Shown here piece after piece: positions 46,301-58,278 of a stretch of 64,000 bases of DNA (positions within the stretch are counted from its first letter, which is position 1; each line of letters starts with the position of its first letter). The position numbers and the translations under genes are program-made. Source of the DNA: Phoronis australis (taxonomy: Eukaryota > Animalia > Phoronida); contig NMRA01000178.1 of assembly GCA_002633005.1 (NCBI GenBank), forward strand, positions 596,062-660,061, read 5' to 3'. The notes below the pieces were generated by a model. It ran no database searches, had not been told where the DNA came from, and was given only the letters and a program-made list of their open reading frames with translations.

Positions 46301-49300
46301 GCCGTGAACAAGCTCAGACAATGGAACGTATGTAGTTATTTGGTAAGCCGGGCATTCGTGAGGCACTGTCGACGTCGTCTGCAGGCCACAGACACGGAGA
46401 TGTTTCACGGCCTCATACTTGCTATTTACAGCGTACATTTCATTCTTCACTACCATGAGCCAATTCCTAAGCATTTCGGACTCTCGAGGAAGTAAAAAAA
46501 AACGATATACTCGCTCTCCTCGCGGCTGCTTAGTTCGGACAAGCGGGAACGATACACCGCAACTTAGCGGCTTTCACTCTGCATATGAACCACTGACGTC
46601 GCTAGCGTCGTTTCTCACCTTCCTCACAGGTTAACGCGACACCTCTTGGCAAGGTAAGGTCGACCGTATGCGAGGCGATGTGGAAATAGACCGATTAGGA
46701 CGGCAAAAAAGATTAATTAAATCGGGTGGCGTTCGCCTTTAAGAGCGCCAGTTATCTCCGCAGTGAACAAATGGGTTTACGATGTAACAGCGGAGTGTCG
46801 ACGCTGCTGTGCAGTATGAACGGTCAACTTCTGCCCCATCCAAGTTATGGCCAGGGGCCACTGTTATCGTCAACAATTACAGGACAGTGTCGTCGCTAAT
46901 AGTTGCTCATATTTTGCTCGAATAATCACCAATCGAATTAGAAATATGTTTTTGTGTCAATGTTCCCACATTATCACATTAAAAATATTAGCGTGCACGC
47001 AATGCATTTACACTACGTGACGATTATTTCGATGACAACATCGTCGGCTACTGTTTACTTCGATGTCCATGAACTACCGAAGCCGGAATGAACGGTTCAG
47101 TTAACTTCGCAGTTCACGTCCAGGCTCTGCTCAGACCGTAGTTAAGTCAGTATGAAAGGGCTTTTAGATCGATTTCAACAAGCAAAACTGTAGCAGTTGA
47201 TGTAAAGAATTGTCATGTGTTGAGGACTTGCTGCCCACTCTACCTCACCTGGCCATGTCAATAGCTTTCTTAAGAAGCTCATGTCTGTGTTGGTCGTACT
47301 GAGTATAATGGGTGGTCAGTTGGTCAAGATGGCTATACTTGAGAATGCCTAATTAGTTTTGCTTTATTGTTTCCAGTTAAGAGAATACTGAGCACCTATA
47401 AGTGCCCATATAACCGTAAGTTAATCTCTCTTATCATCTTCCATTAAGTTTTAAAACAAATAATAGGTGTTCAAACCAATTAACACCATAAGGAGTCAGC
47501 TAATGAATATGAAAGATGAGACAATGAAAGAAAAAAAAATCAAATGTGGTATATGGAATTTCATGCTCGGAACCAAGGTTTGGGAAAGCATACATTGAGG
47601 AAACCGAACACGCCCTGAAAATTCGTATCAATCAACATTGTAGACCCAGTTATGGAGGACTGCTATGATTCTGCGGTTTTTAGTCATAAAGCCGCCACAG
47701 ACCTCTCTTTCTCCCTCATGGATGATGTCAAGATTCTGGATTGAGAGGAAAATTGGTTCAGGAGAGGTGTCAATGAAGCAATTTATGAAAGAGTTGAGAA
47801 TCCTAGCCTAAACAGACAAGGGGGCCTGAGGTTTCTGTTGCCAAGGACGTGGGATAGGGCACTAAAGAGTATCTTGCGCAAACTGTGCTGTGATCACATG
47901 ATGAGTCACGTGACACCTCAGTGGCCTGTTGAAGTCCTCGAGAGGAGGATGCAACGTAGTCATCTCAATAAACCATAAGTCAAGTAATTGATTTATTTTT
48001 CTAGATATGATTACTCAACTGGATGACTGAAAGTATTCATCGCATTCTCTTTCGTCATTTGTACTTTCAGAATGAGTGGTTTAGGCGAAACCCCTTTTAG
48101 TCAAACTTCTTTGGAGGAGTCCCAGACTGATCATAGAAGCAAATTACCTGAAGAAATCTTGAGGGGTATTGTTCCATTTCATTTCCTTAATATCTCATGG
48201 AGGGACATTTCTCACAACTCACAATCCTAACCAAAGATATCACTGTTTTGTTTAATGTATTTCAACTTGCCTTGTTTAAAGCATGTTCAATTTTTATTCA
48301 GGGATTTCTACATTATTTCGAAAATACCAGGGTGTCTAAGTTCCCAATATTTTAGGGTGTCCGTGATTACAACGACNCTAGACGTCTACGTCTAAATTTA
48401 CGAAAACAGCCAAACAGCTTGCCAGACAAATATTAGTCAGAGATATTTTTGAACGATGAATGCACTTCGCAGAGGATGTGTACTTTTTATTTTGACAACA
48501 GGTGTCACTGCTCTTCCCTATTAAAGTGTGAAAGTGCACACTGAAATGCATGAAAAAGTGTTTCGTATGAGTTATTTATATTAGGTTTTGTGTAAACTAT
48601 ACTTCAATCATATCAGTGTGATGTTTTTACTCAAACTTATTAGTGTTTTTGAGGATGTCCAGTTGAGCAAGGAACAGTTGTAAAGTAACTAATTTGCATG
48701 TGAAAATTTCCAGCTGGGTTACAACTGTAGTACAACTGCAATCTAACTCCAGTTGTTGGTTGAAATTATGTGTACCATTTTAGTGTGGGGAGCAACAACG
48801 ATTTCCAAAAACCGTATTTTGAAAATTCGCCTTTGTAGGATTCCATCTGTCAATTCAATGTCACTGTTTCAGATTCATATATACATGTACAGGTCTGAGT
48901 TTTCAGTGTAGAGGCCTCAGAATGAAGTGTAAACGGAATGTCTTCTTACAAATGTCAGTATTGTCATCTTGCAGCATTGAGAGCTGTTGTTGACCCTTGT
49001 CCTTATCTCCCTTGTCACCTGCATTCTCACAATCTGCATCAAATGTTTGTCTCAGATTCTGTAAGGACTCTATGCTCTATTGTAATTTTAAAGTAGATAT
49101 GAACCTGCCTTCTGTCACGAAAACCCCAACTTTTCATTTATACCACATATCATTAATATGAAACTGATCTGGAATTGTTCCTTGATTAAAATAGGTGTGA
49201 ATTTTGGGCTTGAAATTTTGTAGCGATGAGTTACTAATTGAGACAGTTTCTGTATGTTGACTTGTCATTGCATGCCATTTCATTCACCTGACATGATCAC

Positions 49301-51089
49301 AATCATAGTGATCTGCCAGTTCTCTGTAAGACCAAAAACTATTTCTCGTCTGAGGAGAAAGCCGAGATCAACTTTATACTGATAAGTGGTTAAAATCAAA
49401 AGTTGAGTTGCGTGGACACAATAGGTTTTTTTAGCCACAGTAAATGTTTTGCGAAAAATGCAACTCTATCGTCTCTCAGTGTTGGTTTCGTATTGTTGAC
49501 TGTCTGAATAAATACTGATTAAGTAATTTGTACAATAGATCCATTTGAAGTTGCTCAAAATGTGTGCATATGTACTTTTGAATCATGGGGTCAAACTGTC
49601 GACATGTTTTTAACATCAAAATCTATTTTAGATGGTTTTTACTACTTTGGTTCTGGGGTAAAAGCACTCTAGAGATTCTACAAATTTCTGAGAGAAAATG
49701 GTAACAGCCAATAATATGATTAGATAAGATCATGTCAATCGTTAAATAAGTAGATTATTATAATTAGGGCTGAAATTAACAGGATATTCAAATGAGCTAT
49801 GATAGTTGAAGCTAAAAGGCTTGCTACAGTGTACACAGAGAGTTGTACAACAGAGCCATCTCGTGGAAGATTTTAAGGAGTATCTTGGCAAGGGTAAGGG
49901 TTTTAACCTCATACTCGTTAAAACGAGCATGAGGTTATATAAGAGCTTGTCACTTGCATCGCGGGTATACGTGGTGCGTCACAAGAGACAATGACCAGCA
50001 AGAAGAATCGTGAGTAGAAGATATTGCCTGCAAGTGTTGCGTCACCAGAGACTGTGACCAGCAAGTACACTGTCGCAATACAGTGTGTGTAGTTCGACGA
50101 GGCACCAACAGTACTGTCATCCAAAGTGGGAAGTCCTCCAGCTTGGATAGCAGATAAGGCATTTGATTTTTTTGGTTGATTGATTGAAGTAATCCTTACA
50201 GAGGGCGCTGGCGTTGTAACTCTTCCTCATAGTTGATTACTTGATTAACAACAGGTTTCACTCGTTTAATTAGTGGTCATCATATAATAAATTATCAAAT
50301 AAATACAGAACAAATCAGGAGCACCAACTGGGAAGCGAACCACAGGTCTTTAGATTGCCGGTCTAGTGGTCTTACCACTGAGCTACTGAGGTCCCGATAT
50401 CTGTGTAATTACTGTTCCTGATTTTTCTGTATTTACTTGATATATTTCTCTACTGGACAACCTCAGCGTCTATGTATTTGCCATAATAAATTAAGTACCG
50501 TATTTAATCATTTTCTCTCCTGACCATCTACGCACAATCTCAAAGCATAGCAACCATTTAAACAAACACACAGTTAATATCTGACAGTTACTGATAGACA
50601 ATGATATTATGAACCTTGTTTGAGCTTGATAAAACAGTTGTGTGGTAACTTCGTATTCATGCAACGGCTGCTGAGTAGTACTTGGGACACTTGGCCATGT
50701 TGCCATTGATGGGTTCAGTTTCCAGTCCTAGAACACTAGGATCCATGTAAACCATGAAGTGTTTTGCAATGGCCATCAAAAGTTATGATGGGAAGAAGAT
50801 TTATACTAAGAGTCAAATGGCAATACGTGCATTAGTTTTTGCACTATTTTCCTAACTTGCAACCTCTCACACTTGTTGATTCTACTAGAGTATTCAGCCG
50901 GTGGCATGAGTGCAGTTCTCATTACTCGTGCCCAATGGTGGTTATCTTTGTATTGTATTTTTGGTTATAGTTTTACGGGGAAAAGATATTTCGATTCACC
51001 CTAAATGAACTACTTGTACTTTCCAATGTAAGCCTACTCACCATCAACATTATATTGAATACACACACGAGTCCTAGAGGGACATCCAT
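40185..51089 (-). CDS. Furin-like Cys-rich repeat (PCSK5/EGFR domain IV-like) type-I membrane protein, 3 exons, ~627 aa
   Basis: Exons 51089-51042 (MDVPLGLVCVFNIMLM|gtgagt), 43999-42368 (ttacag|NVSVSLASADTC...EYYE|gtacgt) and 40388-40185 (ttgtag|SCVESG...DYTNPNIDT*), all phase 0. Signal peptide, many CxxxCP repeats, TM helix followed by RKK. Confidence 0.8.
40887..41159. mobile_element. hAT MITE (same family as 56039-56358)
   Basis: Termini gcggcggatctagg / aaatccgcctatg; interior colinear with the 56-kb copy. Confidence 0.65.
42368..43999 (-). CDS. Cys-rich receptor main exon (ectodomain and TM)
   Basis: 544 open codons; furin-like/GF-receptor IV repeats such as CHEQCGDEGCYGPGASNCKNCRYL and CQRECRKCHGPSDTDCDGCRN; TM LIFILCMVAIFLLGVVIIACVCY. 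Confidence 0.92.
44960..47163. mobile_element. PIF/Harbinger-type MITE (TTA TSD) interrupted by Kolobok
   Basis: TTA|agaccctttcatact ... agtatgaaagggctt|TTA; internal cagtatgaa repeats. Confidence 0.7.
45049..46738. mobile_element. Non-autonomous Kolobok DNA transposon
   Basis: TTAA on both sides; TIR aggagcatgccaccc / gggtggcgttcgcct; internal YQFEQEY..EE ORF remnant. Confidence 0.75.
47470..48043 (+). mobile_element. Penelope-like retroelement 3' remnant (GIY-YIG endonuclease and pLTR)
   Basis: FKPINTIRSQL..SNVVYGISC..YI.ETEHALKIRINQH..DSAVFSH..VKILD*EENWFRRGVNEAIY..PSLNRQGGLR; tail tggatgactgaa (also at ~25455). Confidence 0.88.
50318..50395 (-). mobile_element. tRNA-like (SINE-head) sequence enclosed by inverted repeats
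   Basis: Minus strand gggacctcagTAGCTCAGTGGTAAG...ctagaccggcaatctaa...GGTTCG..CC; stems imperfect, so not called a functional tRNA. Confidence 0.6.
51042..51089 (-). CDS. Cys-rich receptor first exon (signal peptide N-part)
   Basis: gcgATGG Kozak context, hydrophobic 16-mer, consensus gtgagt donor; completes the signal peptide ...VSLASA|DTC. Confidence 0.68.
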
Positions 51090-51511
51090 CGCAGCAGGAA
51101 TGTACAGTGTGACTTAAAGTCCGATTTGGTCCAAATCATCTAATCGACCTCATCAGTGAGCGCTTTTTCCGTTTTTGGGAATTGCCCGGTCACACTGCCG
51201 TGTCGGAGAATTATTCGTTGCCACTGAAACTTTCCGTGCACTACTTTTTACGATAACCTCTCGGCGTTTCCTGTTTTTGGGAATTGCCCGGTCACACGGA
51301 CGTGTCGAAGAGTTATACGTTGGCACTGAAACTTATCGTGTATTACTTTACACGAACCCTCATGATCGACGTTTTTCAAACTAAGTTTCTCTTGCCGCTT
51401 TAATTGCTAGACGGCCTTTGCTGAGAGCTGCCAACAGGTTTGAACACCATTTTTCACCGATTGTTTAGATAAGCAAGTGGAAATTTAGAACACCGAGGGT
51501 CAACTTCAGAA
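51090..51511. promoter_or_regulatory. Candidate bidirectional promoter with a ~102-bp tandem duplication carrying kappaB-like sites
   Basis: Lies between the divergent ATGs at 51089 and 51512; GGGAATTGCCC at 51177-51187 and 51279-51289; actgaaactt also duplicated. Confidence 0.55.
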
Positions 51512-51938
51512 ATGAATACAAGTATGGAGAACGAAGCTATGGCTTACGACTTATTTATTTCACATAGCTCAGATGATAAAGAGTTTGCGCAAAATCTGAT
51601 CGAAACATTACGAGGAAGTCCTTTCAACTTACGGTGTTCTTGGTCTTACGAGGACTTTATTCCCGGTCGTACAACGGCAGAAAATGTGGATTACTTCATT
51701 CAAAACAGCAAAAAGACGGTGACAATATTGAGTCCCAGTTTCATGACCAGTGGATGGTGCAATTATGAGGCCACACTTCTGCACACAATGGCGATAGAAG
51801 AGAACAACAACCGCCACATACCAGTTTTGTACAAGAACTGTAGACTTCCTGTCTTAATCAAAGTGAGCAGCTACATTGACGCACAGAACGCGAGTGTAAT
51901 CGAGGTGTGCCACAGAATTTGCCAAGCACTAAATGCAG
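51512..51938 (+). CDS. TIR domain-containing protein, exon 1 (complete N-terminal TIR domain)
   Basis: Box1 YDLFISHS, BB-loop EDFIPG, SKKTVTILSPSF, WCNYE, IPVLY...YID; donor GCAG|gtagt, phase 1. Confidence 0.9.
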
Positions 51939-52050
51939 GTAGTATTCATAAATGTACATTTCTAAGAAGTGGGTGTGGAATTTGTTATATTTGTAGTCTG
52001 GATTACGACGACATAGAGGAGTAGATAGAAGAGGAAAGCTGAGGGGTAAC

Positions 52051-52496
52051 TGAGGGGCAGATCTGTGGGGGGTTCAGAGGGTTTAACCCCCCCTTGGGAC
52101 ATGATCACAAAATAAAAATTTAAAAAATTCACCACCAAAACGAAATGCCTCGGCACCACCCTCGTGGGTAAACCTCAAGTAACCCACTTAAAAACAATTG
52201 AGGGGGTTCACCCTGAAGAATGTAATATCTTTGCATTGTGATTTGCTGTAATGATGTATTCAGGTGAGTCCAACGTGCAACGTTTTCATCTCATCTGTCA
52301 TGCCTTGACGTGATATCACTTCAAACGGTTGTAACGACTGATAAGACTGTCTTGTGCATTAAACGCACAGTGTATATGTAATGTGTATTTTAAAAAATAA
52401 TCAACTCGTTCACTGAAGAATTGTTTAGACCTTTTAAAGGGTCGGTGTGGCGGGTGCGATTGTGATTTGGCCGTGAGTCCGTTTAAAGATACACCT
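52051..52496 (+). mobile_element. 5' part of the same hAT family as 32892-33510
   Basis: Colinear similarity (gggtttaaccccccc, ttgcattgtga, ctcatctgtcatgcc, gagtccg..aagatacac). Confidence 0.7.
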
Positions 52497-54099
52497 TTGC
52501 ACGTTAAACCTATTCAGAGTGTGTTTCTTCTTACGTGCTTAGCTGTAACGCGTGTTCTGATGTCTTGTACGAGCGGCTACAACACAACAACACTGTATGA
52601 ACTGACGTCCGTATTATTATAACACGGTAACACGGTGGTACCTTCAATCAACTCACAAACTTGCTATCACAAAACACTAATAACACTTCAATTGTAATCT
52701 GTATTCAAGTATGAGCAAAAATCCAATAAAGTTATAGCAGGAAGAGATAACCAGGAAGGGACAACTAGCTAAACCGCCGTTTTTGGCCTCCTTCCCTGGA
52801 CTAATTTCAGGACTTAAGTTTAGTTTAAAAGGAAACAGATGATTTCATCAGAGAGAATAAAGCTTTTTCTATAGAATGATATCAAAAAACTCACTTTGCA
52901 ACCTTAAACGTTGGTGTAATTGTACTTTGAAAATATAGACTTCAGCGCACGCAATCGTAACTTCCCATACGCAGCCACGGGTATTTAAGCTTTTCCGTCG
53001 ATGTATAGATGGCGCAGTAGTCAAGTACTCTCTTATTTGCATATCAAATTTGCATATGGGAGTTATGAGACTCTCGTCAGTTGTTGGTCGAGCGCTGGTG
53101 GATAAAGCGCTGACCGTCCCGCTGAGAGCACGCGCTGATGAAGATACCACAGCTAACACTTGATCGCTTCGCAATCAGGAGGTGAAAACACTCTGATGGT
53201 CGCTGTTCTGAATTCCAGCTAAGCAAGCCCTATTTCGAGGGGCGGACTTTGAATTGTTTTCGTCCCCTGACAGTGGATTGCAGAGAAGATTAGAATGAGG
53301 TCAACATCGAACGTTCTGCGGCTACCTATCGTGTTGACAAAGTTTGAAGTGTCAGAACCACAGACAGAGCGCGCGGGATGTCTATGATTCATGTTCTTCT
53401 TCAGTTGACGAAAACATTGCTATCAGCATAAAGAATGACCGTGGGAAATTCATTTTGAAGTGGACACCTGTATCCAAGAATAAATATTAATACTCTGTAC
53501 TATCTCACCCTCCGCGTTTCGTTTCTTTGACGTTGTTTAAGGTTGCGGTATCGTGAAACAACGCCGTCGGGTGAGAGAAGTTGCACCGGAGAATAACTGG
53601 AATTGGCTGCAGTTCTTTCCTTTAGAGTGCCCGGACTCAACTGTGCCGTTTTCTTGGCAAGTCTCTTGCCTGCCAAAATTTTTTCTGAGTATTGAAGACA
53701 TCAGTCTTCTCCTGTGCCAATCAACCTTTTATCAGCTACAGAAATGTTATGCCTAATTTTCTACCATTTTAGCACACTTTGTGGGCGCTCTGCTACAATT
53801 GGCACTGCCATAATCGAATTTCTTAATTCCGCCACAGTATGCATACTTGGAAGTTAGTTTTGCTAGGTGTTCTCCCAAATTAAGCCACAACAGTTGTTCA
53901 TCATTAAGTGCCTCAAATTCCTCGACACCATGGACATTTCCGTCGACACAAAACGCACCCTTACCATTCTTAAAAATTCTTATATATGTGCTAATTGCTT
54001 CGAAGGAACGGCAGTAACCATGGCTGGAATGTTGGCAGCTTCGCGACTAAGTCTACAGCTAACTCCTGCTGAAATTATCCACACTTCAAAATTCTTGTT

Positions 54100-54600
54100 T
54101 GCAGGAGCTGGTAATTGCCTTCAATGGTTTCCATAATAAGAGACTAGAAATCCGAGTTGTCACACACGCCCACTGGCCTGGTGCTGCCTTACATTTTCAC
54201 TGGCCACCTTGTTACAGTCGACTTGCGCAATAGCCGAATTCCAGTGTCCACATTTGTGGTCAGTGCCGGGTACAGGCCCATGTACGAATTCATAAACCCT
54301 TTTACTAACACAATTAAATGCGCAAAACTGCGCCTGTATTTCTTAAACCTTTAATTTAATGCTCAAGCTACACAACGAGTGCGTGTTGAAACACAACATT
54401 AACCTTGGACCAACGATGGACTCCTTGCATCAGGACCTTAGTAAGCGGGTGGTGGGCGCGTGCCACCCCAAAAAATTGGATGCCTCAGGGTTAAACCGTG
54501 GCAACCGACAAAGGTGTGGGGCTGGGGAAGACAGAAAAGAAAGACGTCGAATACTGATCAGAGAGAAAATTCAGGAAAACATTGACAACTCGGTATCAGC
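54100..54600 (-). mobile_element. Possible DIRS-like tyrosine-recombinase retrotransposon remnant
   Basis: Minus-strand fragments VNVFLNFLSDQY and HPLTKVLMQGVHR resemble the DIRS YR N-terminal region; heavily decayed. Confidence 0.4.
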
Positions 54601-56038
54601 GTAAGGTTTACCATCAGACCACCATATCGCAAAGAAGGACACTAGTAAACGATAACAGTGATATTCATGAATGACGGGCAGCTCTAAATGCTTTATTGAA
54701 TTAAAAACTAAACTAATGAAATTCAAAAATTAACAAACCGTAGATCGAAAAAGAAGTCCAAGTCATTGCTCACATGATAAATTTGGAAAGATTGTCTTAG
54801 CACTTCCTTGATGATTGTAGTTCCCAGTAGTATTGTGCAATATGAATTTAGGTTCTTCTAAACCGAATCGTTTGCTTGCCATTCCCGTGCATACTGCAAA
54901 AGGCTGGACACGTCGTAACTCAGTGACGCACCCACGTTAAAAATAAGGTGTAGTCATGCAGTAGACTGCCCGCATAGAATCCGCGCACAGTGGTTGACGG
55001 GAAAAGAACTTGAGCTGCAGGGGTTGAAGTGCATTTTTGGGACACACGTTCATTTTCCCCAGCAGCCCGGCAGAAATTGGACCAGTCATGGCCGTGTTTC
55101 AACAAGGAATTTTGATACAGCTCTGATAGGCCAAGGATTTCGGGATCATACCTTTCAAAAAAAACTTGCAGGAAATGACCGTATTACAAAATGAACTTTT
55201 AGTCCCGAAACTGGGTCAAAAAAACGACCTTGGAGCCAGAACACGGGTATAGGTTCGAGTTAAGCCGCACGTCTCAAATGAATCATAGCGGAGCTGACCA
55301 GCGACTAGCCTTAGTTCGTCGAATGCGCATGTGCATGGATCAGACTTCCCGGCGACGCCACCGTGCGACACCCGACCGGCCACCGTGGCGGGAGCAGCTA
55401 ATTTCTTGACTAACACCTGCTTCTAAATGTGGATTTAAGCAAAATGACGAAGTCCACGCATACACACGTGCAAGCGTATCCAAATACAATTAAATGTATT
55501 TTCATGTGAAACCATTCAATGTTCTTTGAACCTTGACTTGTGTGAGTGCTTAATTTTCTTAGATCTGCCCAATCAAGTAGAACTGCGTTTCAAGTTCACT
55601 ATAGACACCTGAGGGTTCAAATTGGAAGCTCGCGTCGTATGACGTCATATGACGTAGGAGATGCGAGCCTCATTTACATATATTAGTGACATCTGTTGGT
55701 TCAAAAAGGAGGATCATGCCTGAGTACATGCCTAGGAAAAGACATCTTTTGGAAGGGTAAACATGTCATGTTCAAAGCATCCTAGTGCCATTAATATGCA
55801 ATTTTTGGGGACCAAAATGGTGTCATTTTATAGCTAAAGAGTTCAGCTTTCAAACACAATGCTTGGATTCCAGACGACTTTAACATTTACTTTTGAAATC
55901 ACCTTTGAAAACACGTTAAAATGCGCTAAAACAGTTGTCCCTTCCTCTTCCTGGTTATAGTGATAAGCAGAATTCCAAACCCGTTTAAAGTACAAACTTA
56001 ACACTTACAGGCAATTTTTATGATTCATAGCTTTGTGA

Positions 56039-56358
56039 CAGTGGCAGATCTAGGATACCATAGGGGAGCCAACATGTTGCCTCGTGGAATTGGGCAAAGC
56101 ACGAGTGTATGTGCACAGGCGTCTGAAAGTTCCGGGGGCCCGGGATGTAGTCCTTCTGTTCGGAAAAGCTGTCGGTAGACTAATAAAAAAACCGGGAACG
56201 CGATCCCACCGCTTTCTGGGGTCTGAGCCGCCCTCATCCGCTACCTGTCCTAGTTACTGAACTCAATCTTTCCTCACGTTTCACGTTGTTGCTGTTTCAT
56301 TTTGCCTGCGGCAGTCAAGAGAGGGAGGGCTGTCCCCCTCTCCCTAAATCCGCCGATG
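56039..56358. mobile_element. hAT MITE
   Basis: cagtggcagatctagg ... taaatccgccgatg. Confidence 0.65.
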
Positions 56359-56519
56359 ACTTTACTCTGTAAACCCTTGTTTTTTACCGTTGGCAAGTTG
56401 CAGGTGCTTGATAATCGACAAGCTCATCACGTTGATCCGGGTGGTGCATTTCGCTCAGGGTCTGAGCTCAGTCCACAAGGGTAGATTGTTTACGCAACTA
56501 TTATCTTTAAGATGACCCT

Positions 56520-56958
56520 GCTGAGCTTGAACTTGGAATCCTGCTTAATCTCAAGATTAAGCGGAAGTGAGTGTTGCGTGAACTTGGAATTGATTATTCT
56601 TTAAGGCAAAATGGTGAAATTTTTGTTCAATGAAAAGAATTTTTGTAATTATTGTCCTCGCGATCAAGCATTTTCTCCTTTACCGTAATTTCTGTCGCTG
56701 AACCGCAGAAATACGTGAATGACTAAATCGATTAATACTTTGGTGAAACTGATCGCCCGAACATGTAGTTCAAAAGGTTGGTTTAAATTGACATTATTTT
56801 ATTCAAATGTAACTTGATTTAGTGCAGTGCAAATTTTTATAAACATGAACGTGATTATTTGAGTTAACTTGTCAAGCTGCCTCGCGTATTCGAAGTTCTC
56901 GCAACACTCACTTCCGCGTAATCTTGAGATTTAGCAGGAGTCCAAGTTCACGTACAGC
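56520..56958. mobile_element. MITE with ~65-bp terminal inverted repeats
   Basis: gaacttggaatcctgcttaatctcaagattaagcggaagtgagtgttgcg versus cgcaacactcacttccgcgtaatcttgagatttagcaggagtccaagttc. Confidence 0.8.
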
Positions 56959-57691
56959 AACCCAGCATGAAAACATTTGTATGCCACGTCACAGACAGTG
57001 GTGCTCTTCAATGGAACTATTTTAATGCATGCAGAGAGAGTGTCTGGCACATCTGTACCACTAGCTTTGTTTCTTGATATAGTGATGCTTGATGTTACAA
57101 TGTTATATATTCCTTTGTCAGGGGTCCCATGACAAAAAAATCCAAGTGTTAAAGGATTCCTTTACATCTTTATTCGGGAAGTCGAATTTCTGCATGCTAA
57201 TTAATGCCTGAGATTTTCTGAAAAGCAGACGGTTACACAGCAAAGTCCTGTGACAATTTAAAAAATCACTCTAAAGCCCACGGCAATTAAACGAAATGTA
57301 ATAACGTTAACTTTACGCGCAATAATACATAATTCCACGGGAATGTGTAAGGCCAACTTTGTTTTAATGTGGATATGTAGGCGTATCTTTGGCAAATGTG
57401 AGTCGATTTTGACCAAAAACATACTGTTGTGGTCGACATAAGAAAATTCTAAGTTTACTCTCAAAATTAAATGAGAAAAGTGCAACAGTTGAAATAACCA
57501 AATGCTCAGGCACATTCCACTTACACTCGGATAGACAGACGGCTTATCACTGCGGTAAATCAAATGCGAAGTCGTTACCTACTCCAACTTACGTACGGTG
57601 GACTTCAGATAGTGAACGGGACCTGAATTGCCTTGGGGGTCGATATGATAAGCCGCAGATTTACTAATGTACTGATCTCTTATATTTCTAG

Positions 57692-57739
57692 GAAATCTGT
57701 CAATGGAAATGTATTATGGACGACTCGAGGAGTTGAAAG
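57692..57739 (+). CDS. TIR protein putative exon 2
   Basis: Branch-like tactaat plus tttctag acceptor; GNLSMEMYYGRLEELK; G|gtcag; phase 1 to 1. Confidence 0.55.
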
Positions 57740-58278
57740 GTCAGCAGACAAATTTGCATAATTTACCATAGCGAAAAAGCAACTGAGATATTTGAAATTT
57801 GACTATGGAGAAACAAGCAAATAAAGTATGAATATCTGACACTTACGTTTCTATTCAGCGTCTTATTTTGATTATGCGTGTACATGAAGCCCTCATGGCG
57901 ACAATGTTCTCTAACATTTCGTAAGTTACGATCCTGTATGTGTTTTTGTATTGACAATTCATGAAAAAGGAATTCAATGGCGCTCAACTTGTAGCGGCTA
58001 GTTTGTTCTTGCGCATCCAGAAATTCAAAAAAATATTTTGAAAATCACACCTTTAATTCTGGATGTTTCGAAAACATGCTAAAGTGCGTGTTCACTGTTG
58101 AAAGAGCTTCATTTGAGATAAAAAAATAAACTATTGTAGTTTGATTTTCTGCTAAGTTCCTTTTAGAGGAAAGAGTACCTTCATAACACACATTTTTCTT
58201 TTTACGTAGCGCACGCACATGACACTGTAAACTCTTTGATTATATTGTTAATGCGCATGCCCATTTTATCTTCTCTAG

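Noticed and set aside
50318-50395. Functional tRNA-Ala(GGC)
   Set aside because: Stems are mismatched, GGC anticodons are atypical in eukaryotes, and it sits inside a repeat structure
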